A DNA stretch of 64,000 nt from Ramazzottius varieornatus (lineage: Eukaryota; Animalia; Tardigrada), in contig BDGG01000001.1 in assembly GCA_001949185.1 (NCBI GenBank), positions 5,927,591 to 5,991,590 on the forward strand, in the 5' to 3' direction. Both the position numbers and the translations under genes were made by a program. Shown piece after piece: positions 25,194 to 37,645 of this stretch. The first letter of the stretch is position 1; the number at the start of each line of letters is the position of its first letter. The notes below the pieces were generated by a model. The model had not been told where the DNA came from. It did no database searches and saw only the letters and a program-made list of their open reading frames with translations.

Positions 25194-26266
25194 TTAACCC
25201 TGGAAAGAGCTTTGGGGGAACTGGTTAGTGGCTGCTGCTGCGTTGAAGCCGGTCTGAGGATTGTTGAAGCCGCTGTTGGTCACTCCAGGGACGTTGAGGC
25301 TGGTGCCAGTCTGTTGAGGAAAGGTGCCCTGCTGGAACTGTTGCTGTTGAGGAACTTGCTGTTGATTGAAGGCAGTCTGTTGTTGGGGCAGTTGCTGAAC
25401 TTGAGGAAGGGGTTCAGCCGAACGGCCGTAGAGGACAGCAGGGTTAAACTGCTGTTGGACGGGAAGAAATCCAGCGGGAGAGCCGAAGCCTTGGTTGGGG
25501 ACAGCCAGCAGACCTCGAGCCTGAAGAGCCTGTTGTTGTTGTTGGGCAGCGAAGGGGCTGAGAGCTTGGAGCTGTTGAGGAGCGAAGGCTACGGGTTGCT
25601 GGAAACCTCCGAAGGGTTGCTGGACGAAGGGCTGCTGTTGAGCAACAAAGCCTTGGCTTGGGATGAAGCCTTGAGGTTGACCGTAGAGTGGTTGCTGGGG
25701 CGCCATCATGGTCTGACGGACTGCCGGCTGCTGTTGCTCCTGGTTGTGTAGTTGACCTTCAGCAGCAGCTCCGTCAGCTCCCATAATCCTTGGCTTCAGC
25801 ATGGACGCGAACATATCCATCAGCTGGATGTTCTGCTCACGGGCCTGGGCTTCTGGGGACAGCGTAGCCGGTGGAGACCTCATCTGCCAATACACAAAAC
25901 AAGACAATTAGCATCACATACACACCTTCTCAAATTGCCGTGCACAATATCAAATACGCAGGAAAAGTAGTGAAGGAATTGACGTACCATAGGCCCTTCG
26001 GCAGCAATCTGGTCGTTAGTCAGTGGCGAAGAGGACTGTTGGGAATACTGCTGGGTGGACTGCTGACCCGACGAGTCCCTTGGTTGCTGCATTTGAGGTG
26101 TTGCAGGCTGGCTGGTGATGGTGGACTGCGGAAGACGAGTGTTTGGCGAGGACATCATGCCGGTGGTACTTTGGATAGGAACAGTAGAAGATGGGACGGT
26201 GTTGACCGGCGCCGATGAAGCCAACCTGCAAAGGAGAACAAGGCAAACTACGCTGACGGAATTCAT
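25194..26266 (-). CDS. Secreted Gln/Pro/Phe-rich low-complexity protein (2 exons, about 320 aa)
   Basis: Signal peptide MNSVSVVCLVLLCRLASSA. Exon 1 is 26266-25988, then a GT-AG intron, then exon 2 at 25883-25194 in frame. A TATA-like TATATAAA lies on the minus strand near 26440. Confidence 0.85.
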
Positions 26267-26953
26267 CTTCGACGCACAAAGAGCGACTAGCAGCTTGAAC
26301 GGTAAAAGTTCAGTGAGAAACTGTGTTCCGACCAGCGGAGAACTTCTGACCAGCAGAGTTCCGAAAAGCGAGTGAGAAAACTGCTGGAGTCAGAACAGTG
26401 AAAACTCACGAATGAAGAATTCACAGTGAAGTAGCGAGTTTATATATTTCGAGACACTGATAGCGGCGAGTGAGGTTTCAAATGAGGGTACGAGGTGGGC
26501 ATTCACGGATGTGCCCATTGTCCAAGTATAGGACGTACGTATACTTGGGGAGGCTGGTCACTGGGCGTGAATGACAAAAGGTCTTGCGTGGGTTTTGGCC
26601 CAGCTCTTTGTATGATAGCTATTGTTCATCGGCAGTTCCTGGTCGAACAGCCTGCTCGGACGGGCAGTAAAGTCGATTCGTTCGCTTCGGCGCTTTCGAA
26701 CTTCGAATGCAACCTGACCCATTCCACGACAGGAAGTAAACGATACGTCTTCCTGGAGAAGGATGGAATGACAATTCATAGCGCCCTTTCGGTTCCAATT
26801 CACCTACTGATCTTAAAATGCAAGGCGCGTGGATCGGAACAAGGATATTCGTGAACCGGCGTCCGTAAAATATTGCTTTATGTATATTGCATCCGTAAAT
26901 GTGTAGCACAAACTGTACAGTGAACACTCGCCGGCAAATTTTCATTCGAACGT

Positions 26954-28677
26954 TTACAAAAGTGCACTCAGATGAAATACCAGCCAATTTAGGACACACA
27001 GCCCGGAAAGGAGATTCTTTTGTAATGAGGTCGATCCGGAATAATGAGTAACATAATTCTGAGAGCGGAGAACAGCGCCCTCTCCCACAGTTTGTGGACT
27101 TTTGATGATCTTTGTGACTTCTTCGTCCTCCAGAACAATGTTGTCCACCGCACAGATGGTGTACATATTTGCATTACATGCGAGCTCCAGCTGGGAAAGA
27201 GCGACATCCGGTTAACTATAATTAGCTTGTAACAAGGAAACGGCTTCATCATCAAACTTTGTGGGCGCCTACCTTGACATTGCCATCGTACGGGATGGGA
27301 ACATGGGCCAAGGTCCATTTCACATAGTTCTTCTTCTCGGGTTCTTTAGCCTTCCAGAGAACAGTGGACGTCGAGTTTCCCGACTGCTTCGGCGTACTGG
27401 CGGTCAGTACAAAGTGTACACTGCTTTGCAGATCACCCTTGCGCAAGTACAAGAAGGAAATATTGCGCCATTTGACCGCGTTATGAAATGAGACGGACAA
27501 CATGGGAGCAATGGTCTTATTCGATGGCGCCATAGTTGTGTTTCCTCGAAACTCCACAAACCACTCATCTGCAAAGCCAGAGTGAACTAAACTATACGGA
27601 GAAAAAACCCCCATTAAAGTACAGTATGGCAAGCAGTAATTGATGTACCGGGAGACCGTTTGGAAATATTGATGGCCAAGAATGGGTGGCCGCCATTGTT
27701 GGTCCTGACCCAGCGGGAGAAAGGTGAAGATGCGGTGGAAGGTTCCCCGCTGCCTTCGAGTGCTTTCCAGCCGCACAGACCCAGAGCGAAAGTGCAAGAT
27801 ACGACGCCATCTCCTTTACCGTCCTGAGTAACATTTCCTCTGCTGTACACGTGCGTGTTCATCATTGCAGTCCGATTCGCCATTTCACTGTCCTTAACCA
27901 ATGTCTCGTTTCGAGCTTTGACAAGGTCGAGGATGGTCTGGTTGAGGAGAGGTTGTAGGATGATATTGGACAGAGCGGCTGTTTGCCCGGAAAATCCCAC
28001 GCGAAATTGAAACAAGAGCTGCAATGAAGACGCTCAAATTTTGTTCTTCATTTCAATGCGGAATTTTACTGTCAGGAGAGCTGTTGTACTTTTTGACCAT
28101 TCGATGACGGCATCAAAAAAAATTCCTTGGATTTCCATCGGGGTATGATGTCAGAGGCCCACAACAGGGTGTCATAAGATCCGTTGGAGTTGACGGTCCA
28201 CAGTGTCACTTGTGGCATGTTGGTGGCGAAACCGAAGCGGGTTTGGATAACATCAAATGTCAGCATAGAGACGTTGGTCAAGCCCAACGGCTCGGATAAC
28301 ATTTCCGCCCATGACTCCGTCGATGAAATGACGTAAGCCATTGAAAGTGCTCCTGACCGGAAGTAACCGTCAGTCAACTAATTCATTGAGTATCACAGTA
28401 GAAGTCGGACACGAGATCAGAAGTTTTTTCTTCGAATTTGGGGAATACAGAACCCGAATATTCGAGACTTACCCTGAGGTGGTCTTACACCGTTGGTAGC
28501 GATCAGTAAGTGCGAGCTGTTCCATCTCCTCCATGAGCTGTTGTCTGCAAAGGGAAACCACCCGCAGAAGTGATCTTCGAAAGTGCAGGTTATTTCGCCG
28601 GATATGGTCGAAGAAGATACTGCTAGGAGTAATAAGGATATATATCGCACTAAACAATTCCAGAATGAATCGATCAT
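26954..28677 (-). CDS. Secreted or GPI-anchored protein with two MAM-like domains (multi-exon)
   Basis: Signal peptide, then CTFEDHFCGW..WRR and CTFALGLCGW..W (MAM starts) and ICAVDNIVL (MAM end). Hydrophobic C-terminal tail LLSGLCVLNWLVFHLSALL. Confidence 0.8.
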
Positions 28678-29224
28678 TTCAATTAGGAGAAAGAATAGTT
28701 GAGTTAATATTTGTACACTGGCAGCAAATGTTGATGTATGTATCTGTTGTGTTGTTGTGGCTCAAGATCCGTCCGACGTGCTTTCCTACTTGAACATTTT
28801 TCGTATTGTCAGCTGATGCCATTCAAGAGCCCTGATTTAAGTGCCTACGGTACACTTGCAAGTACCTCAGCTGAGAACGATGCCGCTGCATGTTGAGGCA
28901 ACAATTTTGATGGAGGACATTTACAGAGTATTCCCATGTGAGAAGTTTGAGGACCTTGGTATTTCTCCATGGGCAGTGTACGATGAAGTTCGCTGAAGTC
29001 CACGAAGTTAGGTGTCGTCTGTAGCCTACTTTTGGGTGTCATTGGGCAAAACAGTCGAAGCCACAGGTGGCGCTGTTCTTTCGGTTCACTGGGCGACCAA
29101 CAGGTAACTATAGCGCCCAAAGTTCCAGTAACAGAATTTATGAGCCTGCTCCTGTTAAAATTCTCGGTAATTACTTTGTCTGCGTGGTCTTAAGCTCTTT
29201 AGTATTATTAGAATACCTTTCAAA

Positions 29225-29619
29225 ATGCTTGTGATATCATCCAGCTGTGCTATTGTCCTGTCCGCTGTTCTAATCTCGACTGTGGAAGCTCAGCAAGACG
29301 GTACTAGAGTGGAATTCTTGCTGTATAATTTTACTAACTCAGGGAAACTGCAGAACGGCGACGTAAGTTCTCGCTGAACGAGTGAAGTTATGTGGTCGAA
29401 AGTTTGTATGCAGGTGATCGTTGCAGAAATGTCATGCGGGCAGTCCATGCGATCCCAAAATTCGGGGCTACGTAGACACGTACGTGAAGCAACAGACCTT
29501 TCGAAGTAGAAGTTTCCATTCTGCAGATTTTTAAGCCGCCGGGCTGATGTTACAGTATAAACCCGGATGGAGCTTACCCTGGTTCGGGAGCCGATGTCAA
29601 CAAATGGGCGACAATCTGG
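29225..29619 (+). pseudogene. Small secreted-protein gene with micro-exons and an in-frame TGA (probable pseudogene)
   Basis: Signal peptide MLVISSSCAIVLSAVLISTVEA. Phase-consistent exons are 29225-29299, 29343-29362, 29414-29479 and 29527-29619. The last reads IFKPPG*CYSINPDG...WATIWEG. Confidence 0.45.
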
Positions 29620-30516
29620 GAGGGCACGGGTATCAAGAGCACCGCTCGCCTGAATAAGGTGGTTTCCCGCGATATTTGTAGAGGAGCTTACACCGTATGG
29701 ATGACTTCAGACTCGCAACTTCACAACCCATGTTGACATTCAAGTCTTCTAAGCTGCTTGCTCAATGTCTTCTCCCCCAGAAAGCCACACTTCGTGGTCG
29801 AGTGGAAGACGTGGATCCCCCAAGGTTGAAACTGATGGAGCAATTTATGTGCTTTGCTGGAAAGGCTGTGCAGAAGACTGATACTGTGGCTACATGGTCG
29901 CGACTCGCCTCATGTCAGTCTTATCACAATAAAGAGAACAAGTAGGTGGTAGGATGTAGTTGAGAATTTACTGTTAGAACTCTGACGTCGGATCTGTGTA
30001 GGATCTGGTATTCATGGAGAACATTCACCATACCCGGATGGCAATGCGGAAAGTCCAATGTCGTCAATCGGTAGCATTACCGGTCTAGTCTGAATTTCCT
30101 GAGTTCGTTCTCTTTGGAGCATCAATAAATGGCACAACCTGTCCAACTGGGGTCGTTGTGGCTTGTGCCATTTCTAGAATGGCCATTTCTAAAATTTTCC
30201 TTGAGAAAATTATGTGAACTGTGTGTACATGGTACCTGACTAACAAAGGATTTGATATCTGGATAAGAGTCTGAATTCACAGTATGAAATGACGAAAATT
30301 CTAATCGGTTAAAGGCGCTCTCGTCGTGATGGTACACCTTCTACGGTAAAGTAGGAACTCTCGGCGTCTTATCAGCGGACGGAACTATGCGATTACGAAC
30401 CGCCAAAATTGCGGGTGTTCTAAGTTCAGGTATTTAAGGTCAGACCAAGAAATGTGTTGGAAGAAGATTCTAGTCATTACGGACTTGTGGGCTTCTGCTT
30501 CCAAAACTACGCAGTC

Positions 30517-32677
30517 ATGTGGACTCAGGTAGCATTGGTCGCATCGCTGATGGGCGCCATCTCTGCCCAAGGTATCGTCATTTACCTTCGTCTTACTCTT
30601 TTTGTACTTATGGTGAGAAGGTAGAACTATTGATAACTGGCTCTGTTTTCCAGCTCTGTGTCCGGGACATGAGGTAATCGTTCCCAGCGATGGTTCAGCC
30701 CACTTCACCTCCCCGAACTATCCTTCCGACTACCCGCACAACACCAACTGCAACTATGACATCACTGGACCAGCCGGGAAAGTTCTGGAGTTTAACACTG
30801 TTACCTTCAAAACGGAAAGCAACTACGATTCCTTGACCTTCACTGAGGTGGTCAACGGTCTGACAAAAACTTTGGGAAAATTCAGCGGTACCGGCGGACC
30901 GCGGGACCTTCGCTCTCAGGGAAACCATGTGGTGTGTTCCTACCTGAGTAATTTCATGTTGCATTTTATTCTAAAATGTTTTCTACTTTAAAGACCGCGA
31001 CCTTCCGTACCGACAGTTCTATCAGCTATTCTGGCTTCAACATCTCCGTCAAAGGTACGTCAAGGTTATCAGCAATGAGGGAATTGCCGATTACGACTCT
31101 TCAAGTTCATTGTAAATTACAATAAGCCGATGATACATTATCCGTCTGCAGTGGCGATTTGCTCAACCGGAAGTAACTTGTGCCCCAACAGCCAAACCGT
31201 CTGTATCAACTCGACGGCCTATTGTGACGGTAAGTACCACACAGCAAAGCTTGGAACATAAACCGATTTTATGTAGTCACGTACTACAGGTAAGGAGGAT
31301 TGTCCCGATGGAGTGGATGAAGACCCAAACAAGTGCCACGTCGCAAACTGCGGAATCCCAGCTATTAAACCCATCACTTACGGTCCCGCCACAACAGCCC
31401 GCTCCGTCAACGTTGCGGCCCGCCCAGACAGATCGAGCCGTATCGTAGGAGGAATAGCGGTGATCCCACACAGCCGACCATGGCAATGCGCCATGTTGAA
31501 CGCGGCTTCCGGATCTCAGCTGTGCGGTTGCTCCATCGTAAGTCAGCTTATAATTAATACATAGTATGTTTCTAAGTCACTGGAGAACCCAAGCTTAAGA
31601 TTTTTCTGTGGCCGCTTGTAGATCAACAACGAATGGATCTTGACTGCCGCTCATTGCTGCAAAGCCTACGCGCCTTCTCCTAATTCGTACAAAGTGATGG
31701 TCGGAGCTCACAGTCTGTCCGGAAACGCCGATCAACCTTACGCCCGAAAGTTGACGCTGTCAAAGATTTTCGTGCATCCTAGCTGGGAAAGTCCCTTGCG
31801 ATACTCCCATGACGCTTGCCTCATGAAGCTAGCACAGGTACTTATTAACTACATTCAGATCCAGATTTGATCTGAGCGAACAATCCTTACAAAATCGACA
31901 TCTTCAGTGGCGCACTTTACCAGCCAGTAACAATAAATTCGTGCGCCACTTTCCACGTTACCTTGAGTGGAGCACCCTTCCAGCCAGTAACAATGAACTC
32001 GTGCGCCACTTGAGATGACGATCTTCTAAGCCTGCTTTGCCCAGATTCCAAATTCTATCGTTGCGGTACTTGGGCATATAACTGTGGTGCTCGCTACAGC
32101 CACTGGAATACAATGACCACGTGTCGCCCATCTGTCTGGCCAACGGTACCGACGAAGCAGCCGGTAAGGGCTGCATCGTCAGTGGATGGGGTAACACGGC
32201 TCCCTGGAGGAATTTGCAGTTTGAGGACTTTGACAAGTTCGCCGAGTACGTGGAGCACCCGGAAATGATGGTACCTGAGAAGAGCGAATCCAGAGCCCAA
32301 GAACGAGTAGACATCTTACGACAGGCTCCTGCCAATATCGTCGCCCAGCCCACGTGTGTTCGGGCTTACGGCGCAAGCATGGTCGGTGACGACATGATTT
32401 GCGCTAGCGCGCCGGGTCAAAGCAGCTGTCAAGGAGACAGTGGTGGTCCTCTGACGTGCGAAGACTCAGCAGGGGTCTTCCACGTGACTGGCATCGTCTC
32501 ATGGGCAAGGTAAGCCAATTCGCTACATAATCTCCAACACTTTTACCGTTTTGTGGTTATTTATACTCATATGGATGATTTGTTTGAAGGGGATGCGCTC
32601 AAAATGGTTACCCTACCGTCTACGGGCGAGTTTCATACATGCGGCCGTGGCTAATGGAAACAATGTTCAACAACTAA
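30517..32677 (+). CDS. CUB-LDLa-trypsin-family (S1) serine protease zymogen, 8 exons
   Basis: Signal MWTQVALVASLMGAISA; CUB FTSPNYPSDYPHNTNC; LDLa CDGKEDCPDGVDE; activation site R|IVGG; catalytic motifs TAAHC, HDACL and GDSGGP. Stop TAA at 32675-32677. Confidence 0.93.
31906..32010. repeat. Tandem pair of the AGTGGCGCAC-N25-GTGCGCCACT unit inside a protease intron
   Basis: Units at 31906-31950 and 31966-32010, 60-bp period. Confidence 0.9.
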
Positions 32678-33049
32678 AACTGCCCGCTCACAGTTTCACT
32701 GTTTACCATATGAGACAGATTACTGGATTGTTGCAGACATCAGCGTAATTGCTTTGGCTTTTCGAGCTTGTTGATGATGCGCAATCAGACTCAACGAACT
32801 ACAGTAGTAAAACGGAGAGTTTAACAATCTGTTAGCAGAAAGTGGGTGGTCAGTCGGCCAAGCGCCTACGAGCGACATCAGTAACCAACCACTGGGCAGG
32901 TCACGAGTCCGGTGAGGCAATATTAAAATCATGATATGTCCACGGCGGCTTTTAACAAAATGTTTACCGATCTACTTCCTTGTTAGCTCATGCGCCCTCG
33001 GGCTGACAGTTGCAGTGAAGAGAACGCAGGAAATTTACGTCTAGCTGTC

Positions 33050-34090
33050 ATTACTGAGGGCAAGGACCTTAAGAAAAAATACGACACCTATGGTGAGTTC
33101 GAGAAGGATCTAGAGCGACAAGAGCAGGACACCCATTAGTCCTTTGACATCAAGAGATGCGCTCCGCTGAAGAACCACAAGCATCCAGAGAAGCTCAACT
33201 ATCGCAAAGTGAATTTCTAATGCATCAATCAAAAAGGGTACACTGCTTAAATCCACGGGCGATCGCGTGTTTACGCACAGCCGGCGCACAGGATATGAAG
33301 TGACATCAGAGCGGCAACCTTTGAGTCAAGACGGCAAGGTTGTCATCAGCAAATGATGCATTTTACATAACCCCGAGCTTACTGAAGAATGGTGGAAAGC
33401 GCAGAAAGAGAATCGCCGCTTGAGCCAGCAAGAACGTGAGAAAGTAGTCTCCCTGCAGAATTCCGACACACGCACCCACTAAAGCTATTGTCCGCGAAGT
33501 GCAGAAGCTCACCGGTAACGCTATTATACCGAAAGACATCACAAACGTTAGGACGAACAAGGACATCGGTGAAAGAGATGGGTGGGATGAAGAAGCCGTC
33601 TTGGATAGTATTCTTGCTGAATATCAAAGGGAAAAATGCGAACATTTTGATTGATGTTCAGACTGAAAATCATGACCCATCGTAGATAACCAGCCCGAAC
33701 AAGATGATTTCCAAATCGCTAAGCGTTCATTATAACATGTCAGAAGATGCATGGGACTTCAAGAGTTTCGCGGATCTTACGATCGTTGGCCCTTGTCATC
33801 CGAATTCACACGCTGTGCGTCATATCCAAGATGGCATTGCAGCTGGGCGAGCTTGCGTTCAAGGACATTATGGCTGTTCCCATTTTGTAGTGTCGCACAA
33901 ACCACGAGATTTGGAAGTCGAGCAGGTCTACAATAGCCTGAACTCCCACCTCTTGCACCACGTGAAGCAACATCTCTCTCTGAAATTCGGGGTGAAGACT
34001 CAGGATGTGACCCTGGAGTTCCCATCGCTTTAATTACAAATTTACGGGAGCAACTTATGTGACCAATTGGTGTATATAGTTTCATGGCAG
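33050..34090 (+). mobile_element. Decayed MULE-associated sequence with Ulp1/C48-peptidase-like remnant
   Basis: KKYDTYGEFEKDLE..KLNYRKVNF*C resembles a MULE/ZSWIM3-type N-terminus. HYGCSHFVV..QVYNSL..QIYGSNLC follows the Ulp1 H..D..Q..C spacing in degenerate form. Confidence 0.45.
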
Positions 34091-34264
34091 AGGCTGTGCA
34101 GAACAAGAACCCAAGTGGATTACTTTTGTGAAAGGACCTGAACAACTCGAATGGTTAGCCGGTGCAATTGATACCGGAACGTACTCGAGGTGCGACCAAC
34201 GCCGTGGACGAAGGCAGAAAAAGGAGTGGACGATTCAGACCATGTCACTCACCGATCATGATAT

Positions 34265-34828
34265 TATAGCTGAGACTTTTAGACCTCTACAGTACAAAGT
34301 ATCGGAAAGAAAGGCGAATGACCACTTCCAGGTTTTGCAGAAAACCCCAAAGATGTGTATCCCAGTGTAGGACCGATGTTATAGTCCATATGGCATTACA
34401 AAAAACTTTTTTCTTCGCACCAACACTAGATTTCACATTTCAAAGGTATAAGATGAAATCCTGAAGTTAATTCTTGTAAAAATGGGTACAGATATATTGA
34501 AAGTGTTTTCCGAAGTTGCTGTCCAGAATTGCTATGCATATATAATATCACACGCCTACATATGCTAGAGAACAACTTTTTCTCGCAGTTTGCTTCTTTT
34601 CTATCCTTAATCACTACTAGGTTCAGAATTTCATCCCAAACCATCCGCATGTGAACTCTAGTGTACAGGTGAAGGAGCGATCAGTCTTCGGGTTGATCTG
34701 TTTGGTGCCATATGGAACCTACTGGTTCTACAATGGAAAACGCATCTTCTGGATTTTCTGTAGCGCCAGGAAGCGGTCATTCACCTTTCTTCCCGATACT
34801 TTGTAGAGACCTAAAGGTCTTGCTATCA
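34265..34828. repeat. Diverged inverted repeat pair (about 110 bp arms), old MITE-like element
   Basis: 34265-34375 matches the reverse complement of about 34722-34828, e.g. TACAAAGTATCGGAAAGAAAGGCGAATGACC against GGTCATTCACCTTTCTTCCCGATACTTTGTA. Confidence 0.7.
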
Positions 34829-35477
34829 CGTAAATGCATTCTTGCCGTGGTCGGCGGGCGACATGGTTTGAATGGTCCCTTGTTGATAGCAAGCTCGCCA
34901 ACAGACTCATTGGAGATGGTGCGCTTGATGTTGCCATAAAATAACATGGTTTGAGCCTCTCAATAACCGGTCGGGGTGTCTATAGCCAAACGGGGTCTAT
35001 AAAGGTGTTTATAGCCATTTCCAAAGATTTATTGATATTTGACCCCGATTCCAAGGTTTTGACATGGAGCCACAGTGTAATTCAAGTTGTTTTATGGTGT
35101 TTTCTCCCATGGATGAAACGCCCACAAACAAAAATTTAAGCTTCTGCTGTGCAGCAACCGGCCTAACGCCGCCAAAAACAGAAAAAGTAGCACAAATACT
35201 TCAGCGTTTTTGCACTTTCTGGGAAGCTGTAATGAGGTTTTTATCAGCGCACGATTTCTAGAATTTGGAGGTCTGTGTGTTTCAAAGGCGAAGGCTTGAG
35301 GCGAAGGTATTTCAGAGTCTCTGCATAGAATGCGGCTGATAACCCCTTATCCCACTCGGCGCTAGCAAGCTCTACAGCACACAGTGTGGTACGAAGCGTT
35401 CTTCAGGTTGCTGCAGTGCGCAGATGAAGCGACGCCTGAATTTAATCAAAATTCGACCGATCTTACGCAACACTTTT

Positions 35478-35810
35478 AATGTCTGGTCCTTCGGCATGCT
35501 ACTGTGAAAAATCTTCCACCTGGGTAAGATTCCGTACGCCACATTGGTGGTCGTGAGCGGACACATCCGTTACTTTATGCATGGCTCAAGGAAGGACATA
35601 GAATGGCGAAGCCGGTTGGAGCACTGCCAAGCATGTCGATCGTTACTCTGAATCGTACCGTACACTGTGTTCGGGCTTGGTGTTGCTGCAGATTTTTTCG
35701 CCATGAATCTCGCAGGTGAGGCGTAACGGGTGTGTGCTGGGCAACCGACCCTCGTGACAGGTTGTCCTTCGAAGAATTATGGAGGAAGTTGGATCAAATT
35801 ATTTCCAGTG
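35478..35810 (+). pseudogene. Tyrosine kinase C-lobe pseudogene fragment
   Basis: NVWSFGMLL*KIFHLGKIPY (subdomain IX, with a stop) and CWATDPRDRLSFEEL (subdomain XI). Confidence 0.8.
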
Positions 35811-37645
35811 ATGTAATTGAGGACTGCAGTATTTTTAGTTCTACATGGCATACCGGGAGATCGTGTGCGAGAACGCGTCTGATCGTGAGACCCGGTGGAG
35901 CAAAAGGAGAAGCCGGCGTTCCCCAAAGAGTTGACGCCGTCCCAGCACTACGTCAGCAACTTTCCAGGGGGGCATGTAGCCCGAAGCGTGAAATCAAGCC
36001 ATAGAAGGAGTAGATTATCGTGTCCTTGACTTGACATCGTCCACACTTTTTCTCGCAGTTTGCTTATCATGTTTAGATAATTGAATAAACTCCACCAACT
36101 TAGTCCACGAACCTGCTTCAAGAACGCCGCGGAGGGATTTTCGCAACAGTCAAATGTGCAACGGAAGCACGGATCTTTACAGAACGGCATCGTAATGAAT
36201 AAAATACACGCCAATACAGACGTTCTACGACGTTTTATAGGTGGTGGCAAGTTGGCGCGCTGAGGATGTAATTAGCTCCAGTGATGTTCACAAGTTTGAG
36301 AGGTAAGCAGGCCGAGCGAGCGATGCCTTTATAAGTCCCACGATTTTCAGTGTTTATCAGCATGTTCAGTCATGGCTTTACCGCAAACTCTATTCTGATA
36401 TAAAATGCGCCAGTTAATCGGATAATACCAACTGCTCGATCGGCCCTCCCAGTGGTCAGGACTACTAGCTAGTACAGTATCCCTTTCCATGTGAAATCAG
36501 GTTGGATGACCACCGGGCAGTCTTTCCATTCCGTGTGCTGGTTTTAAAGGCTAAATAGTTGTACAGCCACATCGTTCTGATGTGTTGCACGGCAGGAATA
36601 TTTGACTGAGAGATATCTAGTATTTTGGAAAGCCCCTTCTTTGCCCTGGGCTACTTCGTTCTCGTCTGTTAGTAGCTGACATCATATCTGGCTCTGCATC
36701 GGCGCTTTGGATATTTTATGGGAAATTTGCGAAATGAAACCGTTTTTGAATGATCTAGATATACTGGGGAAAACACGGCCACTTCGTAGCTCTTGGCGTT
36801 GAGCCTTCTAGGGATTCGCGCAGGGTTTGTGTAGTTCGCTCGGACCTGGATTACCTTATACTTTCCTGGCAGGAAATGCTTCTTCTTTCAATTAAGAATA
36901 CTGACAGGACTCGGTTTCAAACGGTAGAGACGAAATAGATTTTAATTTCGTTCTTCGTTGAAGAGATTGTGGCAAGTTTCCGCTTCCATCCTGCTTGGCA
37001 GAGTATCCTTTCTTCGACTGCTGTCGACAGATAAGGTTTCGGTTCTCAACATTAAATCGAGGTTCGATGTCGAAGTGGAATTATCTGGGCCAGCGACAGA
37101 GTAGATCAATGAGACGCGGCTAGTTCAGTGTTGTTCCAATACGACATTTTGATTTTATTTGCAATTACGATCGATCGGAATACCCCGGACGGCAGTAACT
37201 TCAATTATCTGACAGGGAACTGAGCTGACCTAGACATAACAATCACTCAAAATTCAGCTTGCGACAGCAATTGGAATCATTTCGATTGTGTGGTCGATTT
37301 CTGCGATTCGGGTATTCGTATAGTCGTGCTTTAAAGCAGCTGAAGTCTCTCGCTCCATGCGCGTGGAATGCATGTCAGATGTTTAGCACAAAATTCGCTG
37401 TACTTAAGGCACTGCATACGGACACGCCGATTGATCAGGTACTGTAATGCCCCCTCGAAGCTCGCCCGCACGTCATCATATTCGCGAAATAGCCCTTGGA
37501 GGATTGGTAGGAAAAACTGTCGGGACCGGGATTCAACTCCGCGCATACGCTAATGCACCACGCGTGACTCACGAAGCAATGCAGTAAGCCTCGTACCTTG
37601 CTTTCTCGTGCGACATGCACATACGCACACATATCCGCCCAATTA

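Noticed and set aside
25212-25751. Leu-rich 179-aa plus-strand ORF
   Set aside because: Antisense shadow of the Gln-rich coding exon.
29545-29547. Selenocysteine reading of the in-frame TGA
   Set aside because: I recognised no SECIS element or redox motif; a Trp-to-stop change is simpler.
31906-32010. CRISPR-like repeat-spacer appearance of the palindrome pairs
   Set aside because: There are only two units per site, the arms are inverted rather than direct repeats, the context is a eukaryotic intron, and no cas genes are present.
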